Origin: Botryllus schlosseri
Taxonomy: Eukaryota
NCBI GenBank assembly: GCA_051294905.1
Contig: CM119372.1
Location: forward strand, 15,316,001-15,380,000
Direction: 5' to 3'
Length of the DNA: 64,000 nucleotides
Position numbers and translations under genes: made by a program. Within the stretch, counting starts at the first letter, position 1, and every line of letters begins with the position of its first letter. Positions 1 to 12,600 of this stretch are shown here, one piece after another. The notes beneath the pieces were generated by a model that saw only the letters and a list, made by a program, of their open reading frames with translations, made no database searches and had not been told where the DNA came from.

Positions 1-904
1 CTTCGATATATATACAATAATATACATAAATGTTGAATTGTACATGGGTGGCTAAATGGCTGGCACCGAATGTTCCTGTCCTGGCGATCTGAACCCCACA
101 GGACAAATGCCATCACACAGGGAAAAATTATTTGCCAGTAAAGCAATACCAATTTGAAATCGTATGTGCCTTTTAGTTTTGGAGATTTGCATATCTTTTG
201 GCATAGCAGATATAGGAGGTCACAAAATAGCATAATGTAACGAAGTCAATATACCAACGGGTCCGCCCGAAGATGTTTAATTATTATTTAAGTGTTCTAT
301 CTTTTCCAACACACCTCACTCAGCTCCACCGGTAAATCTGATTACGTGAGCAGAGAGAGGATAAATAATTGATAGCAAAATATATGCAATTCCCGATCAT
401 ATTGACAGATTCAAACATTAGTTATATAAATTTTTCGTGCTTCGCGCGTTTAGTCGAAATAAAGGCGACGCACTAAACAGTAGACCCAATGTAGTTGATA
501 AGTAACGGGGGAAAGCGTACAGGCTCAGGGGGGCTGAGGGGGTTATGGGGTGCAAACCCCCCCGGAAAAACGGTTTATCACCCTGTGGGGGCCCAAGACC
601 AACGTTATTTTTATGGGGGCTGACGAAGTGCTGTTACGGTCCAGGTGGGGAATGAAGTCTCGGAATGAATCTGAAGTGGGGAATGAAGACAAAAAGGTTG
701 GGAACCACTGGCATAGATAGAGTAAACTGCGTTCTAGTGCAACTATGATGTTGTCGACAATTGACAAGTATTCAGTATGACGTCACAAGCTGGCACGGCG
801 GCACCTATATGTCTTCGTTGCTACATCGGATGTTACTGACGGCTGACAGACTCTAGATTACTATAGATAACTAACCTGTGGGTAGATTAGTAATCTATAT
901 AGAC

Positions 905-1589
905 CAGGAATGGCCAACCTTTTCGGCTAAAGGGGCACATGCAATTGAAGAACGAGTGTGCGGTCCACTAGCCGCGCCAAGCGGATAAACTTTTCTAAGT
1001 TTATAAATAAACGAGGTCAATAATATTATTACTTGAGTATTGCGGGTCTATTGTATACCGCCCGCTAGGCTCAGTTTGCAAGGACACGACTATTCGGCGT
1101 CTATGGCCACATCGATATCGAAGGTCTCCGTTAATATGCGACAATAATGTTGTGCCTACATTTCACTGTCGACGATCTTTATGCGAGCGCAAACACGAAA
1201 AGACTTTCACGCGTAATTGCGAGTACAGTTAGACTAAATCGGGTAAATTGGGCGTTTTTTCATTGTCAGTAGGGGGTAGGCTACCAAGCAAGAAATCGTG
1301 TGACAGTTAAACACGCGAGGCGCGAAGAAAAATGTCGCTACTATTTTAGTTTATTGTAATGTACGACGATTTACTGAAAATGTGACTGAACCCTGGATCT
1401 GCCAATGCGTCGGAACTGATATTTTAGTCATCAATATCCCAAGTGTCGCAGCCAGAATTGTAATTTTTGGTTGGCATTGCAAGTTCACAATCTGAGCAAT
1501 TCATTTTCGATAATATAATAGGAGATTACCTCACGGGCCACGCAAAACCTCTCGCGGGCCACATTTGGCCCGCGGGTTGGCCACTCCTG
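905..1589. mobile_element. hAT-type MITE
   Basis: TIRs CAGGAATGGCCAACC / GGTTGGCCACTCCTG, GGCCCGCG subterminal motifs, 8-bp TSD ATATAGAC/ATATAGAT (7/8). Confidence 0.8.
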
Positions 1590-1616
1590 ATATAGATAGG
1601 CCAATTCGATAATTTC

Positions 1617-1747
1617 AGAGCCGGAGCTGGAGCCGGAGCAGTAGTAATAATGCGGCTCCGGAGCTGGAGCCGGAGCTAATGTATGATAGAAGAGAGCTCC
1701 GGAGCCGGAGCCGGAGCAGTTTAAATTTACGGCTGCTCCAAAGCCCA
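1617..1747. repeat. (GGAGCC/GGAGCT)n subterminal repeat cluster, probable DNA-transposon end fragment
   Basis: Three clusters of GGAGCC-like hexamers ending GCTCCAAAGCCC; no partner end found. Confidence 0.5.
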
Positions 1748-2832
1748 GGACGCAACAGCTGGCTTGCGAGCTAGAAGTTCAACAACCCCAGCGGCCCAGC
1801 CTAACACGACAGTGGCCGAACTAAATTAGAAGTGGAAATATGACTTGGCTTTGGGCCAAGCCCGCGCAACCGGCAACAGGTTGTGTCTAGTATTTCGAGG
1901 TCAAGTTTTGATATAGATCGCTTGATTAATTCACTACCGCTTAGATTTGAGGTCATTTCCCATTTTACGGACGCCCGGGCAAGACCGCCAAAAATACATT
2001 TAAAACTGGGTCCACCTTTTCAGGCCATTGAATTTGTTAAAGTCGCCAATACGGAGTTTTGCTGCAATGCCATGGATCAAGTCTGCAGACCTAGAGGGTT
2101 TTGGGTGCGGTATTTGACTTGTTTAGAGGGGAGGGGAGGGTGGATTAGCGCTTGTTTGTTTTTTTTGCGGAAAATTATTTCCGCATTGCGTTATTTTTTT
2201 GCTGCGTACCGGCAAATTATGTATTTTTTTGCGGTGGAAGAAAGGAAAAGAGAAAGAATTATAGGAGCAAGGTCTGAGAGCAATCACTTTGTCGCAATCA
2301 ATATCGCGGTATAGCTTTCGATTGATACCCGTTTTTTTTTTAAATTTAATGGTTGGCAAGCCGGTCAAAAATTACCGTCAAATTACATTTGACCGAATGG
2401 AAAGTGTGACGTATACCAATTTCGCTGAGCCGTGAGATTTGCTTGTATCCACACCATATAGGACACTATGGTAGCCTATAACCATGTCAATAGAAATCCG
2501 CTTTTTGCCAAATGCGCAACTTGTTGAAATTTTATATTGGTGCGCTCTGTCACTAGTCTGTCCGGCGGCGATCAACTTCATTGTTATATCGAAGGTTATC
2601 GTTCAAACTAATCGCAGAAAATCAGAATATTCAACGCCGTTAATGAGTACTGAGTAATGTGAATTGAACTACGCACCATCAAGTGACTTTGCGTAACAAT
2701 TCGGGAATACGAGTGTATCAAGCACATAATAATAAATAATCGCCGAAACACCTGACGCGAAGCGCGCCTCCAACCAGTAATTCGTCTCAAGCATCCAACA
2801 TAATGGGGTTCTGCGCTGCCATCGCAGTTAGC

Positions 2833-3225
2833 TAGGGCTGCCATATTTTTGAATTTCTGAAAAGAGTACACTTTTTCAAATTCTTCAGACTTGCAATAGG
2901 CTACCGGAGGTAAATCCTGAAAAAATGGTGAATTTTTCCCACTTCGTGGTCGGTTGACTAAAGAAAAAAAGGTCAACTTTCCGGCTCATCTCCCGAAACA
3001 TAGTTTTTCTTCAACGTTATCCGTTGGTTGACTAAAAAAAGTCAACTTTCCGGCCCAGCTCTAGAAATAGCCGCCGGAGCGTTACTTTAGTGTAGATTTA
3101 TTGTATCTCAGTCGAATTTTGCCCAATATTCAACCAAAATTCTCAAAAAGAGGACAAAATCCCCAAAAAGAGGACATTTGGGCGTCCTCCGAGGACACTT
3201 TCAAAAAAGTCAAAAAGAGAACAAA
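2833..3225 (+). mobile_element. Truncated copy of the GAGGACA-repeat MITE family (full copy at 27122-27528)
   Basis: Starts TAGGGCTGCCATA; aligns by eye along its length with 27122-27500. Confidence 0.7.
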
Positions 3226-3442
3226 TCCTGCATTTTGCGATTAACGTTCGCGAATGCTCAGGAATGCGTTGCAATTCACAGGCATACTGAATAACACAAT
3301 GTGTGTGCGGGGTGTCAGTGCCTCATACTGCCTCGCCAGCCATGAACCTCACCGCACGTATAGCGTACTTCTTGTCGAGTACCAAAATGAACTACTTTGA
3401 CCTCTTCTACTGGCCTTCTTTGAAAGCGAGTCGATCCGCTTG

Positions 3443-5470
3443 CAGGGTTGTAATGACTCGAGTCATGACTCGACTCGAGTCAGACTCGAGTCACGATTTT
3501 TTTGTGACTCGACTTGACTCGAGTCATTTTCTTGTAATGGAAAAATGACTCGACTCGACTCAAGTCAATATTTGGATTGACTCGACTTGTACTCGAGTCA
3601 TTACGCATGACTCGACCCAAGTCATTGACTCGGCTTATTTTATATGACTTGAAGATGAAGAAATTTGCAAATCGTAATGGCTAGATCAACGCATCTGACG
3701 AATTCTGCCGCGATCGCTATTCGTCACCACTGCTTCCGATGCACTCGTCTGATATCAGATATGCCGCCGTAAAAACAACAGACAATGGTACATATTAGCA
3801 ATGCATTGCACAAAATGATCCAGTAATGAAGGTGTAATAGATCCTCCGCAAGCAAAGTACCCAAGACTTTTCAATTATACAAGCAAACAATCGAAGCAAA
3901 GTTCACTTAGAACCAATGCAATGACTCATATGGTCAGAAGAGCTATAGATTGATAAGCTCTTGTGTGGATTTGAAGGCGATGATTCTTTGCATTTTTCGG
4001 CGACTAGAAAGAATGAGTATTCAATGCTCTTCAGTGTGGTTCAAAAATGCTTGTCCATTCCTGCATTTAGTGCACCATTGGAACGTGTATTTAGTAGAGG
4101 TGGGTTTATTCTAAGGTAGGAATTTCCCGGACATGTCCGAAATTTCACTGTTGGAACTGCGTCCGGGAGGAATGTCGAAATATGCCGAAATGTCTGGAAT
4201 TCATAATTTTTTCCTGAATCAACATGAACAATATTATATTTGGGTAGATTTATGCTACATGAAATTTTTGTTCGCGCTACGCGCGATTTAGTATCACGTA
4301 TGTCGCCTTTAATATGGAGACTACCACCCTCAAGATAAATAAAAATAACAATCATTTACAGAAATAAGTCTAATTGTAATCGCAATTACAATTACAAGAT
4401 AACGGTATATTCGCAGAGTCGGTTTACGCCGTCTCGATGCTTTATTCAAAGATAGAGGTTCTAAACCTGGGGGTGGTTTGCCTTTATTTTGGGGTTCGCG
4501 AAGATGTTGAATGCAATCAAATCAGTTTCCAAATAGGCCGTGGATAAGTCGGGGCAAATGTGCCGACCTTTAATTAGTAATCAGCTTATCAAATTTTGAG
4601 GTGGGCCACGGAACATTTTCATATTGGAAATGGAGTCGCAACCATAAACGGTTGGAAACCACCAGGTGTGCGGTGTTTATATAGCTCAGTGGTGCATTGC
4701 GCACAGGCATTAGGCAGATTAATAATCTTATCGATGTGACATGAGCATGACTTTACTATGTACAATTACTATGTACAATTCTAAAAAGTAGTCGGAAAAT
4801 TTGAAAAAATGATTATGAACAGCTCCGTTGTACATTTTACAATTATTTCTCCAATGCTGTAACTGCGATGAAGTCTGTAATGCAATTGGGAAAACCTTTA
4901 GTAATATCAAAGTGTATCTGTTCTTTTGTCACTGCACAGTGCACATATAGTCGCATGCACGCTTTTACAGTATGCTGGCCTGGTGAAAATACCTCTCCAG
5001 ACACAAACATGAATTTGTTGATTCTATATCAGCTGGTATCTAGACGCGAATTCGTTGGTTCTCTATCAGATAGCATGTAGACGTGAATTCGTTGGTTCTC
5101 TATCAGCTATTTGTGAGCTGTCGTCGATGCTTGTATTTATGATGCATATCAGAATGACAAGACAGATATTTGATTTTAAGTTCTAAGATTAGAGTTATCA
5201 TATTGGAGGCCTGTCTCGTCTATCTGTAGCATCGAAATTCGATATCACCCAAGCAGGATTGAAAACATGAGTTGAACATGACTTCAATACTGTGACTTGG
5301 ACTCGGACTCGATTCATAACGCTATGACTCGGACTTGACCCTTTAAACGGTGACTTGGACTCGGACTCGACTCGGTGATGAACTGAAAATAACTCGACTT
5401 GACTCGAGTCAAAACCACAAAAGTAAGATTGACTCGTGACTCGGAACCATGTGACTTGGTTACAACCCTG
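3443..5470 (+). mobile_element. Non-autonomous hAT transposon with GACTC subterminal repeats and transposase remnant
   Basis: TIR CAGGGTTGTAA...TTACAACCCTG; perfect 8-bp TSD TCCGCTTG (3435-3442, 5471-5478); dense GACTC/GAGTC arrays at both ends. Confidence 0.92.
3982..4119 (+). pseudogene. hAT transposase C-terminal dimerisation-domain remnant
   Basis: Translates DSLHFSATRKNEYSMLFSVVQKCLSIPAFSAPLERVFSRGGFILR*, matching the hAT LS.PA.SA..ERVFS motif. Confidence 0.85.
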
Positions 5471-5532
5471 TCCGCTTGTAAGACTCTCAACTTATATGTT
5501 TTATAATTTATTATGTTTAAAAAACAAAATCT

Positions 5533-6399
5533 CATCTTATGTTCAATAATATATAGACGACGCCAAAGCTGCAGATGTTGGCGGATGCTGAAAAGAAAGA
5601 AGAAACATCAAACCGTTTTAATTAACATCACAGTGTAATTAAACAACGCAACTGCATTGCAGACCCATCGTTAACTTACTCAGTGATAATCAGTCGATTT
5701 GACTTACCGAAAACCAAACTTCGTTTGCTCGATCCAGCGATTCCATCATTTTACCTGCAGTGCGAACCGCATATTCTTCAATAGACAAATTCATATTCGC
5801 TAATGCCAGCTTTATGTCTATCCTCGGTACACGCTTGCCTGAAATGACAATGAAACAGCAAATAAAATTTATATGATGAGTTTGCTATGTGTTGTATTGC
5901 GGTAACAATATGACCCTTCAAATAAATGTATGGGTTACGCAAGATAGGCCCGGTTGACATACAGGCAGTTATTTCGACAAACCTCTTACGATTCCGTCGT
6001 GCAAATGGAAAACCGAAATCTATAAATTTGAAAATTCCAATAATATCGACAAGCTAATTAACGAACACTAAGGAAAACCAATAGAAGTGTCGCCTAAATG
6101 GACAAATTGCAATCTTACAGGCAGCACCGGGCATGCAAGGGTGAAAGCACAGTGTGTAATCCCATAATACGTTCAGCCCTTTCAAATCTCGGACATTTCG
6201 GCCCGCTGCTTTCAAAAAGCGGTGGAGCTTGACTTTTTCCGAGGGCTTTAATACTTCAAGTGGAATGGGAACGTTCACACCTGTGAGACAAAAAGTGGCG
6301 GTAGTTGTGTTACATCCATTCAAATCCTGTTTGCACGACATCGTAACACTTGCATTTCTGGGAATATTCATCAGGATAGTACCCTGGTTTCTTCGGGAT
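5533..6399 (-). CDS. Possible exons of an unidentified spliced gene
   Basis: Several AG...GT-bounded open segments (about 6118-6399, 5939-6019, 5755-5838) and a hydrophobic last segment ASANICSFGVVYILLNIR*; phases not fully resolved, no family recognised. Confidence 0.3.
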
Positions 6400-6694
6400 C
6401 TAAAAAGAAATAGACACTAGTTTAAGTTTGGGTGATGATAACCGTCCGTTTGCAAATGGAAATCGAGATGCATCGATGGTTTCCAAACATTAACTGCCAC
6501 ACAGGTGAAGTCATATAGGAAACACTGAAAAATCTGTGTTGGTTTCTATTCTGCTGGCAGACATGGTTTGTAATCCAGGTCGGGTCAAATCATAGCCTTG
6601 CTATATGCCACCAAGAGCTTTTCGCAAAAGCCGCCGTGGTGTGTAATTAAGGTCACACAATATATAGTTTAACAAACATTTGTACTTTCTAATG

Positions 6695-7322
6695 CAGTGG
6701 TTCCTAACTTAGAGTCCGTGAGAAGGCATTTGGGGGTCCGTGATTACCTTGTTGATTTTTTTGGGAAAAACGAGAAGCGATCTTTTTACTTTCATTTTCT
6801 CTTTAAATGCACATGTGTCAAACTCAAACATGCGACCATAAACTGTGTCGGAATGCAATAAGATAAATAGATGCTGTTGCCAACAGTGTGTAATGTACAT
6901 TGACCTTACATTACAGTACAATTCTACCACTATCATAACGCATGTCGATTAGAGTCAAATCAGGATTACCTCGTCTATTACGTAATAGAAAACATGCAGT
7001 TTAGTTCTGGAAAGGTAACAACAGCCTTTATATAAGTCAGGGCGAGGAGCAACTCCCACTAAAAACCTCTGGCCCACTTCCCCTGGTGTGGAGATGTTTC
7101 TGTATCTTAGTATTATGTAAATTGTTGATTCAATTTTATTCCAATGGTATATGCAACTCTTGTTCTTTTGTTTGGTCGAATGACAATTTGACACAGTAAA
7201 TAGTATAGTTGACTACCATAATTTTTATAAAAGCCAATAGTATAAATGTTAATCGATTTTCAGGCAAAATTTAGGCAGGGGTTCGCAGAATTACTATTTT
7301 GTTCAAAGGTTAGGAGCCACTA
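6695..7322. mobile_element. Degenerate hAT-type MITE
   Basis: CAGTGGTTCCTAAC ... GTTAGGAGCCACTA ends; TSD unclear. Confidence 0.6.
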
Positions 7323-7488
7323 CTGACTAGTCTAATAAATGAAGAATCGAATGCGCAAGAATTTCACATATACGAAAAACGTCCTCGAATTTGTACTGCG
7401 ACAATGATTGGGTCCATGAGTTAAATGCGCTTGAGGTGTTATATTAATCCGTAAGCTGTCTACTTTCTCTTCATCTCCGGTTCCGCTA

Positions 7489-8759
7489 CAGGCGCGTATC
7501 CCGAGCGCGAAAAATGGGGGGGGGTTGCGTTACGAAATTGGCTTTTATGACGTCATTACTACGATCACTCGTCTCCACGCAATGGCGAATATTTACGATA
7601 TATTATACTTTAATAATAAAAATAGATTTGCGGTGAGTGGGAGATGTACGAATACGATACAGTCAATGCCTGAAAATCGCGTTTTTATACGGTATGATTG
7701 AAAGAAATTCGTAAATGCTCACATTTAGTCATGAGCCGGCAAACGCCGCCCGTGTTCTGTTCAAGCGCCTACTTCCGGCCAGAGATGCGCGATTTTGTTG
7801 GGTTTTGACGATATTATGCGTACGGCCGGTAGTATCGCAGCGGACGAACAAGCGCGGAAGCATAAACGAGGGCGATCGCGATCGCCAGAGAGAGGAGTGG
7901 TGTGAACAGCGTACGTCGTACACGAATATGTGCTTTTCGATGGCTTTACTAGCCGTACGGCTGAGCGTGTAGTACGCGCGAATTAATACAGAGTACACAC
8001 TGGGCTGGGATAATAACTTGATCGACTGAGAAACTTGTCAGCCGATATAATTAGGTTAACTTAACTACTAGGCCTACTCAATTCTCCCGTTCAGCGACAA
8101 TATAGGCCTGTATTTGGACGACAGCAAGCCACCTAACAATCGGGAACGTGGATTGCTAGGCTTGTATTTTGAAATGTGAATGTCTATCGTAGGCCACTTC
8201 TCGCCAATAACCGCGAAGACAATGTGGATTTGAGAACAGCATTGTCGTACTGGTGTCGCCGTGTCTGCGTCTTGCTGATCAATCAACACGCCGTGCAATT
8301 ATTAATTAGGATTTAAAAGCGAGCAGGTGCAGCGAATTCGCGGGCGATGTTGATTGCCGACAACTTCGTCTTTGCAATTACGTATCGCGACGGCCAATTA
8401 GATTAGATTTTCCTAAAATGCGTCTCTCGTTTTAGCAAGGCGAGGGAAGAAGGTTGAGAACGTCAGCAACTGCCACAGCTGAAATGTAGATGAACAAGCG
8501 CAGAATTCGTATGGAATTAGCGAAATATAATGACTTATTTTATCCTTTCAACTAATTCGGCGCATAATTTCCATATTTTGTAGGGGTTTTAGTCCCCTTA
8601 AATAATATTAAGACGCCACATTCGCCTTCTCATACGTAAAAACGAATATGTTAAACTAATAAATTAGCAATTATTAGAGGCTATATTTGACATCAATTTT
8701 TAGTATTTTGAAAAGGAGGGGTTCCGACCCCCTAACCCCCCGCCCTGGATACGCCACTG
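7489..8759. mobile_element. Non-autonomous DNA transposon, 8-bp TSD (hAT-like)
   Basis: Imperfect TIR CAGGCGCGTATCC / GGATACGCCACTG; perfect TSD TTCCGCTA (7481-7488, 8760-8767). Confidence 0.85.
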
Positions 8760-8893
8760 TTCCGCTAGTAATTATTTCGTCCGTTTGTCTATCAGTTAGT
8801 TCAGCATTCTGGTGTAGGGAGTTCTGTGAGTAGCATGTGTTTCCTGATTTACGTATGTTTTAACGTTTATATTCTTTGTATCATAGTCTACAA

Positions 8894-9607
8894 CAGGGGT
8901 GTAAAACATACGGCCCGCGGGCCGCATCCGGCCCACCAGGCGATTTCATCCGGCCTGTGAAGCAATTCTGAGTAGGTTGAAAAATTGTTTCAGTATCCAT
9001 CACATTTGTAACAAACATTGAGATTTTCTGCAGCAAATACTTTTTTAAAGTAATCCCTCAAGACAGCAAATGTCGAGCATGTTCATTGTTCATAGGTCAC
9101 ATAACCACCCGACTATGGCGTTGTGATTTCACTCTCTCTTATTCGAGAGAGCAAAAAGTACACACTGAGTTCAGAGTTTTATTGAAAATAGACCCAAAGT
9201 AGTTCTTCAAAGAAGCGAAAACACCAACGCCGAACAGGTTTATGCAGTTTACATTGAAGATATATTAGCTACACAAAAATCCAATTCATATATTTATAAT
9301 CGCACTGCTTTGTCGCTTCCCACCCTATCGGTCCCCGGACTCGAGATTAGGTTGGTAATCTATAATTCAACCGGACCACCATCGTATTTTTGCCAATTCG
9401 ATTGCTTGCGAATAAAGGTATTGTGACGAGCTATAATAAAACCCCTATGAAGTGTGTATTATTTATCCATATAAGCTTATTAATGAAGAATTCAAGTAAA
9501 AATCAAGGGCACGGGGTAACATTTTGGAATGAGTTGACTGGTCCGATTTGCGGCCGATTAGAAGGCTTGAATCCGGCCGGCGACGCAATTTGAGTTTGAC
9601 ACCCATG
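8894..9607. mobile_element. hAT (Charlie-like) MITE
   Basis: CAGGGGTGTAAAAC-ATACGGCCCGCGGGCC ... GAGTTTGACACCCATG; TSD degenerate. Confidence 0.7.
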
Positions 9608-9684
9608 CTACACTTTTAGTGAATAAAAGCTTAGAAAGCCGTATGCTTATTGGTGGGTTTTCCACGAAAGGTCACGACAACGCT

Positions 9685-12600
9685 AGTAGTATAGTCGATC
9701 GCTCGCATGCGGCTATGGGGTTCTTATGGGCCCGCTGGTGAGGTGCCGCGAAACTCGTATTGGTGATGGCACCCTTTTGACCCCCCCTTCCGCTGGTGAG
9801 GTGCCATGTATTCTTATGGGATCTCTGGTGATGGTACCCTTTCGGGTATAGGCTTCGTCGGTGATGTGTCGTGAAAACTCGTGTTGGTGAGTCGTACTTT
9901 CAGACCCCTATCGCTCGTGATGTGCCATTGTTTCTTACGAGATCTCTGGTGAGGTGCCATGTGTTCTTATGGGATCTCTGGTGAGGTGCCATGTGTTCTT
10001 ATGGGTGCGGTCGTGATTCGTAGTTTTGGGTATAGGCATCTCTCGCATGGTGTGGAATATGTATCAGGTATGGTAAATAGTCATGTGATTGGATCTTAGT
10101 TAATGTGTATATTCCAAATTACGGCGAGTACGACAATGATATATCGTTATTCTTATGGACGCGGTGATGATTCGTACTTTCAGGCATCTCTCGACCGGTG
10201 TTGAATATGTATCAAGTAAATAGTCATGTGAATGAATCTTTGTTAATGTGTATATCGTGAAAACTCGTGGTCGTGACTCGCCTTTTTTGCTATAGGCGGT
10301 GGCGGTGATTCGCCTGTCGTGTATTCTCACGGGATCTGTGGTGACTCGCCATGTGTTCTTATGTGTGCGGTCGCATGCGGCTATTGCGTCTTATGGCGGG
10401 GGTGGCGAGCGGCTATTGATGCTAACACGAAACCCGGGGTGGCGAGCGGCACTTATTTCTTATGGCGGGGGTGGCGAGCGGCTATTGATGCTAACACGAA
10501 ACCCGGGGTGGCGAGCGGCACTTATTTCTTATGGCGGGGGTCGCAAGCGGCTCTTATTTCTTATGGCGGGGATCGCAAGCGGCTCTTATGTCTTATGGCG
10601 GGGCGGCATGCGGCTATTGCGTCTTATGGATGCGGCGATGATTCGTACTTTCGGGTATAGGCGGCGTGCTAACGTGAAAACCGGGAGGTGGCATGCTAAT
10701 GTTTTTAGGTACACGCGCGGCGACATGCTAACGATGATAATGTGTCTGTCATGTATTCTTACGGGATCTCTGGTGATGTGCCATTGTTTCTTATGGGTGC
10801 GACGGCATATCGTACTTTCGGATATAGGAATCTCTCACACGGTGTTGAATATGTATCAAGTAAATAGTCACGAGTATCGCTAAACAGGAAATTCACTAAA
10901 CCGCAGTGCAATGTGCGACTTTGGAAAACAGATGTTCGCGACCGCGTTTTGATATTTCTGACCCACTAAATACATCCGTTTTGGAAACGCGTCCTGTTGT
11001 GAAGATTTCGAGCGCGCACTATCGTATCGATTATTACACTAATCCAGTCAGTACTATTACATGCAGGAGTATTCAGTATTCAGCAACGACACGAAAAGCG
11101 ACCAACAAATAACCGCACTCGTAAATTAACACCTTAAAAAGTGTAAAATAGATTGCAAATCCCGCGATCGCTAACAAGATAATGGCTCTGGCATAACCAT
11201 TTTTAGTGACTTGGTGTTAAAGACATACCGATCGCTCACAAGGTAATATTTCGGTAATTAGTTTGTCACAGAACCGTCACAGTCGGTGATTCGAAAACCA
11301 ACAATTTGACACTTTCTGGTGGTCGCTATATGTTTTGACACTTCGGAACGCGGTTGACTTTAGTTGCGTGATACAAATCATGAGAATATTCAATCAATGT
11401 GTCAATTTGTCAACTTGAAATGTAACTCACTACACAAATCAAGTTGAATCGTATTTGAATGTATTGATTCGACCCGACTCAAATCCTTTGACAAATCCTA
11501 TTAACGCGATCTGTTGAATCGAACGTAACCTGAATATTACTGACGCCAACATTCACCCGCATCGGATCATTCACACATTCCACGCCGCTGTTTTAACACT
11601 TATAGAATCAATACCAACTATCTCTAACCCGATAATATTCAATCATTTTGGTAATTTGCCAACTTTAAATCCATTCGCGGGATGTACTAAAGGTAAATCC
11701 AAATAATCCAGAATGAAATATTTGGACTTTGACATTGCGTGAATTGAAATAGGTTTGACAAACATGACTACCAACTTTCACCCAGTCACATTTCAAGATT
11801 ATACTTTGAAACAATCCTTGAAACTGACAACTCTATTCACGACTCCGTTTCCGTTTGTAAAATAGAGTTTCAGAAATACTATCACTATGACAACTCAACA
11901 TTTTAACATCTCGCCATGCACAAACGAGTAAAATACAAAAACCTTGGTAAGTCAATCCGTTTGTAGTAACTCACCAAACCAAAACAAAAAGTGTCCGTAT
12001 GAAAAGTAGACAAGACTACGCGAGTAATCACTACAACCCACACAGTTGTATCCATATCCCATATTTTTTATTCAACTGTAAGATGAAGTAATTACTACTT
12101 GGCGCGCGACTTGAGATTAACACATTACATTTGAGTATACGAGATTTGAATGTCTGACCAACGTAGTTGAGAATTCTTACAATCGAACGCAGGTGTTATA
12201 TTGAAAATTTTCACGAATTGACACATTGATTTTGACATATGAGATTTTGTAATAGTCGATCATGACTTGATTATTAAATTATGATATTATTAGACCAGGT
12301 TGTGTTGAAGGTTATTACTATACCAACAAACTTTTCAGAAACATTGTTATTAACATATCGATTTGTAAAACTAGATTAACATGTCTGAAATGTTTTGATT
12401 GGGAAGATTAAGCCGTGTTCGTAAAAACCACGCAGCGTATTGTGGAAATCAGGAAATAATTTACAAATGTAATTGTCTCCAGTAACCAAGACTAAAGATG
12501 AAACAACAATTTTCTTTGTTGAACAATAACCGGTACAATACTTTATCGTCGTAATCTGCGGTGGGAATTGAAACACTTTCGCACATTTCCCGGTGTCAAG

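Noticed and set aside
10299..10883. 194-aa and 113-aa ORFs (and mirrors at 21177-21761; also 32111-32412)
   Set aside because: They arise from GC-rich subterminal repeats (69-bp unit), overlap in several frames, and are not conserved between E1 and E2.
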